Shown here in pieces: positions 36,939 to 46,292 of a DNA stretch of 64,000 nt. A model generated the notes under the pieces. It worked only from the letters and a program-made list of their open reading frames with translations. It was not told the origin of the DNA and searched no databases. Numbering within the stretch: position 1 is the first letter of the stretch; every line of letters starts with the position of its first letter. The translations under genes were made by a program, and so were the position numbers. Origin of the DNA: Candidatus Foliamicus sp. (GTDB taxonomy: Bacteria; Pseudomonadota; Gammaproteobacteria; Steroidobacterales; Foliamicaceae); NCBI GenBank assembly GCA_965206955.1, contig OZ242252.1, positions 2,307,771-2,371,770 of the forward strand, in the 5' to 3' direction.

Positions 36939-37263
36939 TTCACGTTTCGCACCCGAGACATCGTTTGACGTTCTGCGCTACGAAGGGTCTCGCTGGGGGT
37001 GCGACTCATCCCGCGTCCTGGTTGAAGATTCCCGGGTCATAGTTGAGGAAGCCAAGCTGCCGGGGCGCTTGCGTCAGTCCGCTCATCTGCGCAGCGGAGA
37101 GGTCCGCAGAAATGTCACGCGCAGCATTCCTCTGTGCGGTTGACTATTGGCACAGTCCTATCTGACTATGTAATAAGACTCAAAGAAAGAACGGTTCGAA
37201 TTGGCGCAGCTTTGTGCTGTTCTGGCCCGAGAAAGACAGGCCGCCTCCCTAAAGCGGGGATCT

Positions 37264-39147
37264 ATGTCCGGAATTGACATCGTCATCGTGATCATCTTCG
37301 TCGCCTGGTCGGTGACCGCCGGCTTCCGGGCGCGGGCGCGGGCATCGAAGAGTCTGGACGAATACTATCTGGCCGGGCGCGAGATCAAAGGCTGGAAAGC
37401 CGGAATCAGCATGGCGGCAACACAGTTTGCCGCGGATACTCCGCTGTTGTTTTGCGGCCTCATAGCCACTGCCGGCATCTTCGCCCTGTGGCGCGTATGG
37501 ATCTATGGCCTTGCCTTTCTCCTGATGGGGTTCCTGTTTGCAGCTTTATGGCGGCGGGCAGGAATCCTTACCGATGCGGAGCTTGTCGAGATCAGATATA
37601 GCGGGAACTGGCGTTTGCCGTTAAGGCTGACCAAAGCCCTTTATTTCGGGCTGGTAATCAACTCGGTCACGTTGGGTTTCGTTCTGCTGGCCGCTTTCCA
37701 GATATCCGAGATATTCCTCCCCTGGCATACCTGGCTGCCCTCCGCGCTGTATCAGCCCATCCTGACCCTTACCGAGTGGGCAGCATTGGACCTTTCCACG
37801 GGCGCGACGCAATATGGCGAGCAATTTGCGACAGCCAACAACGTAATCAGTATCGCGTTGCTCTTGCTCTTCGTCGGCCTCTATTCCACGACCGGCGGGC
37901 TCAGGGGCGTCATATCCTCCGACCTCCTTCAATTTGGCGTTGCCATGGCGGGCTCCATCGTGTTCGCTGTGATTATTCTGGTGGAGGGGGGAGGGTTCTC
38001 CGGCATGTCAGAACGCGTTGTAGCCACGTATGGCGAAAGCCGCGCCCAGGAGATGCTGTCGTTTGGTCCATCCATTGATGGAGCGTTGATGCCGTTTCTT
38101 GTAATTATGGGACTGCAATGGCTCTTTCATATGAGCAGCGATGGAACGGGATATCTGGCCCAACGATTCATGGCCTGTTCAGCGGACCGGGAAGCACGGC
38201 TTGCGGCGTTCGTGTTTGCCTGGGTGCAGATTATCGGGCGAAGCCTTGTGTGGCTCGTAATAGGAGTCGGGCTGCTCTTGCTCTATCCCTTTAGCCCGAC
38301 CGAAATGCTTGAGCCCACCTTTGCCGCGTCAAGAGAACGGACCTTTCTTTCGGGAATTAACGACTTCATGCCGATCGGCGCGCGGGGATTGATGGTTACG
38401 GCACTGTTGGCCGCGCTTGCTTCGACTATTGATACGCATCTCAATTGGGGCTCCAGCTATCTGACCAACGACCTGTACAAGCGTTTCGCCTGCCAATGCT
38501 GGCTGAGAAGGGAGCCCACGACCCGGGAGTTGGTGCTGGTAGCCCGTATTTCCTCGATACTGGTGCTGCTGGCAGGGTGCCTGGTCGCAGCGAACCTGGA
38601 TTCCATACAGCAGGGCTGGAAGATCTCCCTGCTTTTCGGGGCGGGCATTGGTGCTGTCTTGATGCTTCGCTGGGTCTGGGAACGCATCAATATCCAATCG
38701 GAATTTGCAGCCATTGGGATCGCGCTGGCTGCCGGCCCAATCCTGCTTTGGGCCGTTCCAGGCGATGACCGGGAATGGATACGCCTGGGGACTATGGTCT
38801 TGATTTCCACCGCCGGCACTATCCTCACCGCCATGCTTACTCGCGCCACCGACGAAGAAGTGCTCCTGAAGTTCTACCGGACCGTTCACCCCGTGGGCTT
38901 CTGGGCAAGAACCGCAGCAATGGCCGGTGACCATCCGCCGGAGGTGCGCCGAGCTTTGGGTGAGATCCTCATCACCACGCTTGGATGCGGCGCATCCCTC
39001 TTTCTGCTGCTCGTGGGAGTAGCAAAAATGATCGTGCCTCTCCCGGGGGAAAGCATTCTCTGGCCGCTCTTCCTTGTTCTGGGAGCCTTGATGCTGGTAC
39101 CGACGTGGTGGCGGCACGTTACGAAGAAAACCCAGGAGCGACCGTGA
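37264..39147 (+). CDS. sodium:solute symporter (SSS) family transporter
   Basis: The ATG at 37264 gives MSGIDIVIVIIFVAW.... The protein has about 13-14 TM segments and the SSS N-terminal pattern YYLAGREIKGWKAGISMAATQFAADTP. Confidence 0.85.
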   Translation: MSGIDIVIVIIFVAWSVTAGFRARARASKSLDEYYLAGREIKGWKAGISMAATQFAADTPLLFCGLIATAGIFALWRVWIYGLAFLLMGFLFAALWRRAGILTDAELVEIRYSGNWRLPLRLTKALYFGLVINSVTLGFVLLAAFQISEIFLPWHTWLPSALYQPILTLTEWAALDLSTGATQYGEQFATANNVISIALLLLFVGLYSTTGGLRGVISSDLLQFGVAMAGSIVFAVIILVEGGGFSGMSERVVATYGESRAQEMLSFGPSIDGALMPFLVIMGLQWLFHMSSDGTGYLAQRFMACSADREARLAAFVFAWVQIIGRSLVWLVIGVGLLLLYPFSPTEMLEPTFAASRERTFLSGINDFMPIGARGLMVTALLAALASTIDTHLNWGSSYLTNDLYKRFACQCWLRREPTTRELVLVARISSILVLLAGCLVAANLDSIQQGWKISLLFGAGIGAVLMLRWVWERINIQSEFAAIGIALAAGPILLWAVPGDDREWIRLGTMVLISTAGTILTAMLTRATDEEVLLKFYRTVHPVGFWARTAAMAGDHPPEVRRALGEILITTLGCGASLFLLLVGVAKMIVPLPGESILWPLFLVLGALMLVPTWWRHVTKKTQERP

Positions 39148-40781
39148 GTAACCGTGTGCCCGAGGACGCGCAAGTCCCTGAAGAGCAAACGATTTTCTCG
39201 GCGCCGCCATGGTGGAAAGGGGCGGTCGTCTATCAGATCTATCCGCATAGCTTCTTCGACGCCGATAATGACGGGACCGGAGACCTTGCCGGGATCACCC
39301 GGAAGTTGGACTATGTCGTACGGCTCGGCGTGGATGCAATCTGGCTTTCGCCCTTTTTCCGCTCACCCATGGCCGATTTTGGCTACGACGTCTCCGACCA
39401 CAAGGACATAGATCCGGTTTTTGGTGCGATGACCGACTTTGAGGCTCTCTTGGAGAAAGCCCACTCATTGGGACTCAAGGTAATCATCGATCAGATCTAT
39501 TCGCACACCTCCGACCGGCATGAATGGTTCCAGGAAAGCCGCAGCGGCAGGCAACAACCGAAATCCGACTGGTATGTTTGGGCTGAGCCCAAGGAGGATG
39601 GAACACCTCCCAACAACTGGCTATCCCTCTTCGGTGGCCCCGCCTGGTCTTGGGATAGCTGTCGAAAGCAATACTATTTCCATAATTTCCTTCGCGAGCA
39701 ACCCGATCTTAATTTCCATAACCCGAGTGTCCGGGCTGCGGTCCTGGATATAGCTCGGTTCTGGCTGGACAAGGGCGTAGATGGGTTGCGCCTGGACGTT
39801 GCAAACTTTTATTTCTGCGACTCTCAGCTTAGAGATAATCCCCCATGGCTGGATTCGCCAAGAGAGCGCCCTTATCAGTTTCAGCGCCACCTGTACGACC
39901 GGTCGCGTCCGGAGAATCTCAAGTTCGCCGAAGAATTGCGGCGCCTGACCGACCGCTATGAGGATCGGATGCTGGTAGCCGAAATCGGCAGTCAATCCTA
40001 CCTAGGGCGTAGCATTGAGTATACCCAGGGGGAAAAAAGGTTCCACACTGCCTATAACTTCCTGATGCTGGAGAACGGCCCCCTGAGTGCATCTCTTGTT
40101 CGACAGGCATTCCAGCTTTGGAACAGCAACAGTGCTTGGCCGAGTTGGTCTTTCAGTAACCATGACGTCGAACGGGTAGCGACCCGCTGGGGTGGTCAAC
40201 AAGCGCCGGTGGCGTTCGCGAGGATGCTGGTTTGCCTGCTCTTGTGTTTGCGTGGGACGATCTTCCTTTACCAGGGCGAGGAACTCGGCTTGCCCCAGGC
40301 CAATGTGCCGCGCGAGAGCTTGAAGGATCCGGAGGGAATCCGTTTTTGGCCCCACAGCCTGGGAAGAGACGGCGCCCGAACACCTTTCCCGTGGAATCAC
40401 GATCGTCCCCATGCCGGTTTCTCGGATGTTTCCCCCTGGCTTCCGGTGGACCAGCGGCACGCTGCTTTGGCAGTGGATGTGCAGGAACCCAATCCGGATT
40501 CCGTGTTGAACCTGGCGCGACGGGTGATTGCCGTGCGCCGCTCCCGCGGGGCTTTAAGGCATGGCGGAATTGTCTTTGAGAACGCACGCGAGCCCGTCTT
40601 ACGGTTTCAGCGTCAATGGCAAGAGGAGGCCATTCACTGCATATTCAACCTGGGGGCCACGCCTGCGCGCGTCGCCGTTTCTGGCGGAGTGCAGGAAAGA
40701 CTGGCCGGCATGCCCCAGAAGGCAAAGAAAGACGGTGACGCTCTTGTGTTGCCCGCGTACGGTTTTGCCGTCTTGGGCTAA
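39144..40781 (+). CDS. GH13 alpha-glucosidase (oligo-1,6-glucosidase/AglA-like)
   Basis: All four GH13 conserved regions are present: DAIWLSPFF, GVDGLRLDVANF, MLVAEIGS, FSNHDVER. The GTG start overlaps the transporter stop (GTGA). Confidence 0.88.
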   Translation: MSNRVPEDAQVPEEQTIFSAPPWWKGAVVYQIYPHSFFDADNDGTGDLAGITRKLDYVVRLGVDAIWLSPFFRSPMADFGYDVSDHKDIDPVFGAMTDFEALLEKAHSLGLKVIIDQIYSHTSDRHEWFQESRSGRQQPKSDWYVWAEPKEDGTPPNNWLSLFGGPAWSWDSCRKQYYFHNFLREQPDLNFHNPSVRAAVLDIARFWLDKGVDGLRLDVANFYFCDSQLRDNPPWLDSPRERPYQFQRHLYDRSRPENLKFAEELRRLTDRYEDRMLVAEIGSQSYLGRSIEYTQGEKRFHTAYNFLMLENGPLSASLVRQAFQLWNSNSAWPSWSFSNHDVERVATRWGGQQAPVAFARMLVCLLLCLRGTIFLYQGEELGLPQANVPRESLKDPEGIRFWPHSLGRDGARTPFPWNHDRPHAGFSDVSPWLPVDQRHAALAVDVQEPNPDSVLNLARRVIAVRRSRGALRHGGIVFENAREPVLRFQRQWQEEAIHCIFNLGATPARVAVSGGVQERLAGMPQKAKKDGDALVLPAYGFAVLG

Positions 40782-41827
40782 TGTTTGCCGGTGGCTGCGC
40801 AAGACCCTCGCACGACAAGCGTGGTAGGCAACCGCAGCGATTGAACTCTCTTGCCGTCAATCATGTCCACAATTCTTGCCGCAAGCGCCGCACCCGCCAG
40901 CCTGCTGTCCTGAGCCACTGTGGTCAAGGGCGGAGAGAATTCGGCCGCCAGCGGAATATCGTCATATCCAATCACCGAAACGTCTTTGGGAACGTCCAGG
41001 CCAGCCTGCTCGATTGCTCTGATGGCGCCCATCGCGACCATGTCGTTCTGTGCAAAGAGACCATCAAAACATCGGCCATGTTCAACCAGAAACCGGCGCA
41101 TAGCCTCATAGCCGGACTGGTGACTGATAGAAGCAGGCAAGTTCCGTAGCGAACGCGCGCCTCGGCGGCGGACCCTTGCCTCGAACCCCGCCCAGCGTTG
41201 CCCCTGTTCGGGCATTCGGGTGTCGCCGAGAAACAGAAAATCATGTCGCCCGACATCCAGGAGCCGCGAAGCTGCGAGTTCCCCACCATGATAGTTGTTG
41301 CTGCCCACCGCGGGATAAGCCCCCCCCTTGACGTCGGCGCCCCAAAGCACGGCCGGCAGCTTTGCCTGGCGAATTCCCTCAAGCATCCGGCCTCCATCAT
41401 TCCTGCCCAGGATGATCGCACCGTCAACGGGTTTTGACGCTATGGCGTTCCCCCAATCCTCCGATGCGCCCGTTTCGGCGCACAACAGAAGATCAAATCC
41501 TTTCACGGTAAGAGCCTCAGCGATGCTTGAGAGCAGGGCCAGTGGAAACGGCTCCGAGAGCGGATGATGGACGTCGGTATCGAAAGCGAGCGCGATGGTG
41601 TGCGATCGCTGCAGCCGCAAGTTGCGCGCCGTCTTGTTGAAACGATAGTCATGTTCGCGTGCGATCTTGCGGATATTCTCCTTGGTATCCGGGCGCACCA
41701 ACGGACTATCCCTCAACGCGCGCGATACCGTTATCTTCGATACGTTTGCAATCCGCGCGATATCCGCCATCGTTCGGGCAGGCTTCCTTTTCGGGTTATC
41801 GCCGTTTGGCCTATTCGCTCTTGACAT
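40778..41827 (-). CDS. LacI-family transcriptional regulator
   Basis: HTH motif MADIARIANVSKITVSRAL plus a periplasmic-binding-like effector domain. The start at 41827 is uncertain. Its 3' end overlaps the GH13 3' end by 4 nt. Confidence 0.88.
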   Translation of the reverse strand: MSRANRPNGDNPKRKPARTMADIARIANVSKITVSRALRDSPLVRPDTKENIRKIAREHDYRFNKTARNLRLQRSHTIALAFDTDVHHPLSEPFPLALLSSIAEALTVKGFDLLLCAETGASEDWGNAIASKPVDGAIILGRNDGGRMLEGIRQAKLPAVLWGADVKGGAYPAVGSNNYHGGELAASRLLDVGRHDFLFLGDTRMPEQGQRWAGFEARVRRRGARSLRNLPASISHQSGYEAMRRFLVEHGRCFDGLFAQNDMVAMGAIRAIEQAGLDVPKDVSVIGYDDIPLAAEFSPPLTTVAQDSRLAGAALAARIVDMIDGKRVQSLRLPTTLVVRGSCAATGKH

Positions 41828-41940
41828 GCCGTTTTTCTTGCCCCCCGCCGTGAATGGCGCCAGGAAACCGTAAGGCACATCAAATCACGCGCCTCTTGCC
41901 GGGTTCCAGGTCCAGACAACCTGATCATAGCAAACTTCTA

Positions 41941-41968
41941 TTGACATCGATACCATTTTTTCTATACT
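41941..41968 (+). promoter_or_regulatory. near-consensus sigma-70 promoter upstream of the TBDR
   Basis: TTGACA-N16-TATACT, about 85 nt upstream of the ATG at 42054. A partial LacI-type half-site (TGCAATCG) follows it. Confidence 0.5.
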
Positions 41969-42053
41969 GTTTAGTGCAATCGAACTTTCGCAGGCATGAA
42001 TCCGGACGCAACCAGCCCGGATGAATGGGCTTTCCAGGAAAGGGCAGGAGGAA

Positions 42054-44402
42054 ATGATGTGTGGTCATCCAACAAGATTGGTCAAGATCCTGACCATATT
42101 CCCGGGGCTGGCAACAGCCGCGCTTTCCTTCTCCGCAAGCGCCCTCGGGCAGGACCCGGAGTCCCGGTCGGAGCCGGCGGCGGAACTTGAAGAAATCGTG
42201 GTCACCGCCCGCCGCAAGGCCGAGAACATTCGAACCGTGCCGATTTCCATTACCGCGGTTACGAATGACGAAATCCGCAGGTTGGATCTGCGTAGCGCAA
42301 CCGACCTGCAGCGCATCGTTCCGTCGCTCACCGCCACGGGGCGCCTCGGCCAGAACGAGGAATCACTCACCCTTCGCGGGCAGCGGGCAACCGGTGAGTT
42401 CATCGGTGCGGGCGCCGGATCGGCGGTAGTCAGCTATTTCGCTGAAGTCCCCGGCGCCAGCACCGGTCCTGGACTCTATCTGGATCTGGCCAACGTGCAG
42501 GTCCTTAAGGGCCCGCAGGGGACACTATTCGGGAGAAACACAACCGGGGGAGCCATTCTGTATGAACCCATGCGCCCCGAAGGCGAATTCTCGGCATACG
42601 TTCAGACTACTCTGGGAGACATGAATCGGCTGGATGTTGAAACCGTTTTCAACCTGCCCATTGTTCGCGATGTGCTTCTGCTTCGGGTTGCCGCCCAACA
42701 CCAGAAACGTGACGGTCTCGCCGTTGATGTCAACACCGGCGCCGAATACAACAATCGCGACCATTGGACCGCGCGACTCGGGATTCAATTCAACCCGACC
42801 GAGCGAGTCAGCAACTACTTTATTTTCCAGTCCGTCCGTTTCGAGGAGAACGGACCCGCTTCAATCCTGTACGCGGTCAATCCGCAAGCGCTCTTGTTTC
42901 CTCTATTGCAACCCCTTTTCAGCGCACAGCAGGAGCGAGGCATTCGCCGGGTTGCACTGGGAGTCAACAACAGCGAGAGCCGGGATACGCGGGTCCTTGT
43001 CAATCGAACGGAAGTCAGCTTGGGGAACGAAACAGGACTGACGAATGTCCTCTCGTACACCCGCGAGAAGGGCAATCGATCAGGCGATCTTGACGGAACG
43101 ACACTCGCGGTGGTGGATTCCTTAGGCGTTACCGGTTTTGGAAGCGGCTCCAACCCCAATCACTCGATCCTTACTGAAGAACTGCAATTGAGCGGCAACT
43201 TTGTTGACGGAAACGGAGAATGGAGGCTTGGAGCTTATCTGGAAAGGCTCAGGACAGAGGGCACTCAGACCTTTTCCCAACGGCTCTTTCTCGCTCAGTC
43301 CACCCACCAGCTGGACGCGCCGCAATCCGTCGATTCGGAAGCGCTTTTTGGGCATGTCAACCTTGACCTGGGCGTGCTTTCGGAGTCCCTGCAGGGATTG
43401 AATCTCTCGGCCGGCTATCGATACACATGGGATGCCGGCTTGCTGGGATTTGATTTGCTGGTTTATCCCGGCCAGCTGTTTCAACTCAATCAAATTCCCG
43501 ACCCGGCGCCTGGAGATCTGTGTTTTACGTTCCTGGCCACAGGCGCAACACACCCCAATTGCCTGGTTGAGGTTGATGGATCGGATAGCGGTCAATCCTG
43601 GAACCTTGGATTGGACTATCAGCTTGAAGACGGAAGCCTTGTGTACGGCAGCTATCGCCGTGGCTACAAGAGCGGAGGCTTCAATCCCGGTGTCGGCGTG
43701 TTCTTCGGAACCACGGTGCCGGAGTTCTCCTTTGGCCCCGAGGAAGTTGATGTCATTGAGTTCGGGTGGAAGGGAGCCTGGCCGCTTGGCGACTTGCAGT
43801 TCCGGCAGAATGCCGCGTTTTACAAGAGTTGGTACAGCGATGTTCAGGTTCTGAACAATGTAGTGATCGCCGGCGCCGCCACTACGGCGACGCAGAACGC
43901 GGCAAGGGCTGAAATCGAAGGAATTGAAGTTGAATCTGAAATTCAATTGGCCGAGTCCCTGAGCTTCACCTTTGCCTACGCATATACGCGGGCCAACTAC
44001 AAGGACTACGTTACTCCTGCCGGAGAGGATCTGAGTGGGTTGCCGTTCCTCTATACACCGAGACGCAAGTTCAGTTTGGGACTTTCCTTCGAAACGGATC
44101 TGCCCGATCAACTTGGAGAACTGGCTTTGTACGGCACCTATGCCTGGCAGGCCGAGATGTTCGGCGGTTTTACTACCGCCGATGTCCCGGGAACCACGAT
44201 ACCGTCATACGGCCTGGCCGGATTGCGTGTCGATTGGAACCGAATATTCGGAACGCGCCTGGACCTGGCCCTTTTTGTAAACAATCTCAATGATCAGGAA
44301 TACCGAATCGCCAACAATGCTCAATATGAATCGCTGGGCTACGCGATCACTCAGTACGGGGAACCGAGAATCTGGGCGGTCTCGCTCAGGTTCGACTTCT
44401 AG
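42054..44402 (+). CDS. TonB-dependent receptor
   Basis: AGGAGG RBS. Signal peptide, plug motif ELEEIVVTARRKAENIRTVPISITAV, VQVLKGPQGTLFG, and C-terminal ...VSLRFDF. Confidence 0.92.
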   Translation: MMCGHPTRLVKILTIFPGLATAALSFSASALGQDPESRSEPAAELEEIVVTARRKAENIRTVPISITAVTNDEIRRLDLRSATDLQRIVPSLTATGRLGQNEESLTLRGQRATGEFIGAGAGSAVVSYFAEVPGASTGPGLYLDLANVQVLKGPQGTLFGRNTTGGAILYEPMRPEGEFSAYVQTTLGDMNRLDVETVFNLPIVRDVLLLRVAAQHQKRDGLAVDVNTGAEYNNRDHWTARLGIQFNPTERVSNYFIFQSVRFEENGPASILYAVNPQALLFPLLQPLFSAQQERGIRRVALGVNNSESRDTRVLVNRTEVSLGNETGLTNVLSYTREKGNRSGDLDGTTLAVVDSLGVTGFGSGSNPNHSILTEELQLSGNFVDGNGEWRLGAYLERLRTEGTQTFSQRLFLAQSTHQLDAPQSVDSEALFGHVNLDLGVLSESLQGLNLSAGYRYTWDAGLLGFDLLVYPGQLFQLNQIPDPAPGDLCFTFLATGATHPNCLVEVDGSDSGQSWNLGLDYQLEDGSLVYGSYRRGYKSGGFNPGVGVFFGTTVPEFSFGPEEVDVIEFGWKGAWPLGDLQFRQNAAFYKSWYSDVQVLNNVVIAGAATTATQNAARAEIEGIEVESEIQLAESLSFTFAYAYTRANYKDYVTPAGEDLSGLPFLYTPRRKFSLGLSFETDLPDQLGELALYGTYAWQAEMFGGFTTADVPGTTIPSYGLAGLRVDWNRIFGTRLDLALFVNNLNDQEYRIANNAQYESLGYAITQYGEPRIWAVSLRFDF

Positions 44403-44596
44403 CCCAAGCTCCAAAAAACCGGCAGGTGCGGAACCAAAAAATGCGCCCATTTACCCTCTAGAGCGAGGTTCCGCACTTGCCGGTCCTATCCGCACGCCAT
44501 TGCCGGTCGCAACATACTCTTACGGGGCCAGACCTGAGATTCAATCCCAGCCCCTCCAGCCGGTAGGTAAGGGTGCAAGGGAAGACACGACATCTG

Positions 44597-46255
44597 ATGG
44601 CAAGGCATGATTGGTCAAGGACGCGCGGCGCTGCGCATCGAACCGGGAATTGCCGGGGCGCAATGACAGCGGCGCTGCTATCCGTGCTGGCGCCTGTTGC
44701 CGGGCTTGGAGCCGCAACGGATTGCGAGCCCAAAGGATCCCTCAGGCTGCAAGACACGGAGATTGTCTCTGCCCACTTCTACGACGAAGGCACGGTCAAG
44801 GATGCGGGCCGCCCCTTCCCGCCGACTTCTGTTCCGCGGCATTGCCGGGTTTCGGGCGTCGTACGGCCCGTGCCCAATTCCGAAATCGGCTTCCAGGTTT
44901 GGCTGCCGCAAGAGAACTGGAACGGAAGACTGATTGGTGTCGGAAATGGCGGTTATGGCGGCCGTATTCTCTTGCAAGGGGGTCTTGCCGAGGCCGTAAA
45001 GCGAGGTTACGCGGCCGTTTCGACCGACACCGGACATTCAGGTTCGGCCATCGATACACACTGGGCATACCAGGAGAAAGAAAAGATCATCGATTGGGGA
45101 CATCGCGCCGTTCACCTGATGACGGTCAAGGCAAAAGAGATTGTGCAAATACACTACGGCCGGCCGGTCGAAAAGTCCTATTTCATCTCTTGCTCGAACG
45201 GTGGGCGCCAGGGCTTGATGGAGGCGCAGCGCTATCCGAATGACTACGACGGGATCCTGGTCGGAGCGCCGGCCATTGATTTTACGGGCCTGGTCGCAGC
45301 CTTTGCCTGGAACTACCTTGCACAGAACGGCAGCAGCGAGAGTGTCATACCGCCCGCGTTCGCAAGCCACATTTCAAAGACAGTCAATGAGCAATGCGAC
45401 CACCTGGACGGGGTCAGAGACGGACTCATTTCCGATCCGCGCACATGCAGGGTCGATTTTGCAGAGTTCCTTTGCGGAGAAGAGCAAAGCGGCGACTGCT
45501 TGAGCAAGTCCCAACTCGAAGCGCTGCTGAAGATATACGGTGGTCCGAAAAATGGGTCCGGACAACAGATCTACCCCGGCTGGCCGGTCGGGGGAGAGGC
45601 AGGAACGAGTCCCGTCTCCGGCTGGGAAATCTGGACCCTGGGCACAAGACCCCACCAGCGTAGCTACGTCGATGGTTTCTTCCAGCACCTGCTCGGCCGG
45701 GGTTCCGGTTGGAGCGTCAGGCACATGGATTTTGATCACGACACACTTGAGGCGAAACGGGAATTGGGAAGTCTTATTGACGCGACCAACCCGGACTTAA
45801 GGGCATTTGCAGAAAAAGGCGGAAAGCTGATCATCTATCACGGTTGGTCCGATGAGGCGGTTCCCGCGGGCGGGAGCATTCGATATTTTGAAGATCTGCA
45901 GCGTTTCATGGGTGCGGAAAAGGTTGAGCAATTCGCACGACTTTACCTGGTGCCGGGCATGCATCATTGCTTCGGAGGGCACGGGCCGAGCCTGTTCAAT
46001 CATCTGACTGCGCCCATTTCTCCGGCAGATCCAAGCCGTGACATTGCCGCTGCCCTGGCAACCTGGGTGGAGCACGACGCTGCACCCGGGGCGCTGATTG
46101 CGGTTGAGCCGGAGAATCTCTTCGAGGCGACCTTCGACCTTTCCCTCACGATTCCCATACGGACGGGATTGTTGTGTCCGTACCCACAAAAGGCCCTGCT
46201 GCGGGGAAAGGCATTGGATCCCATGCTGGCGTCCAGCTACTACTGCAGCGATTGA
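44597..46255 (+). CDS. tannase/feruloyl-esterase family alpha/beta hydrolase
   Basis: Nucleophile context YFISCSNGGRQG and VPGMHHCFGG. Together these give the CS...HC disulfide-linked catalytic motif of the family. The start is ambiguous (44573, 44597 or 44663). Confidence 0.8.
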   Translation: MARHDWSRTRGAAHRTGNCRGAMTAALLSVLAPVAGLGAATDCEPKGSLRLQDTEIVSAHFYDEGTVKDAGRPFPPTSVPRHCRVSGVVRPVPNSEIGFQVWLPQENWNGRLIGVGNGGYGGRILLQGGLAEAVKRGYAAVSTDTGHSGSAIDTHWAYQEKEKIIDWGHRAVHLMTVKAKEIVQIHYGRPVEKSYFISCSNGGRQGLMEAQRYPNDYDGILVGAPAIDFTGLVAAFAWNYLAQNGSSESVIPPAFASHISKTVNEQCDHLDGVRDGLISDPRTCRVDFAEFLCGEEQSGDCLSKSQLEALLKIYGGPKNGSGQQIYPGWPVGGEAGTSPVSGWEIWTLGTRPHQRSYVDGFFQHLLGRGSGWSVRHMDFDHDTLEAKRELGSLIDATNPDLRAFAEKGGKLIIYHGWSDEAVPAGGSIRYFEDLQRFMGAEKVEQFARLYLVPGMHHCFGGHGPSLFNHLTAPISPADPSRDIAAALATWVEHDAAPGALIAVEPENLFEATFDLSLTIPIRTGLLCPYPQKALLRGKALDPMLASSYYCSD

Positions 46256-46292
46256 TCCAAGCGGCAAGTCGAGAACAAGCAGAAACAGCACA

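Noticed and set aside
36990-37115. Small minus-strand ORF downstream of tRNA-Val
   Set aside because: It has only 42 codons after a stop and no plausible start or RBS. At most it is a gene remnant, and it is mentioned in a finding rather than called as a feature.
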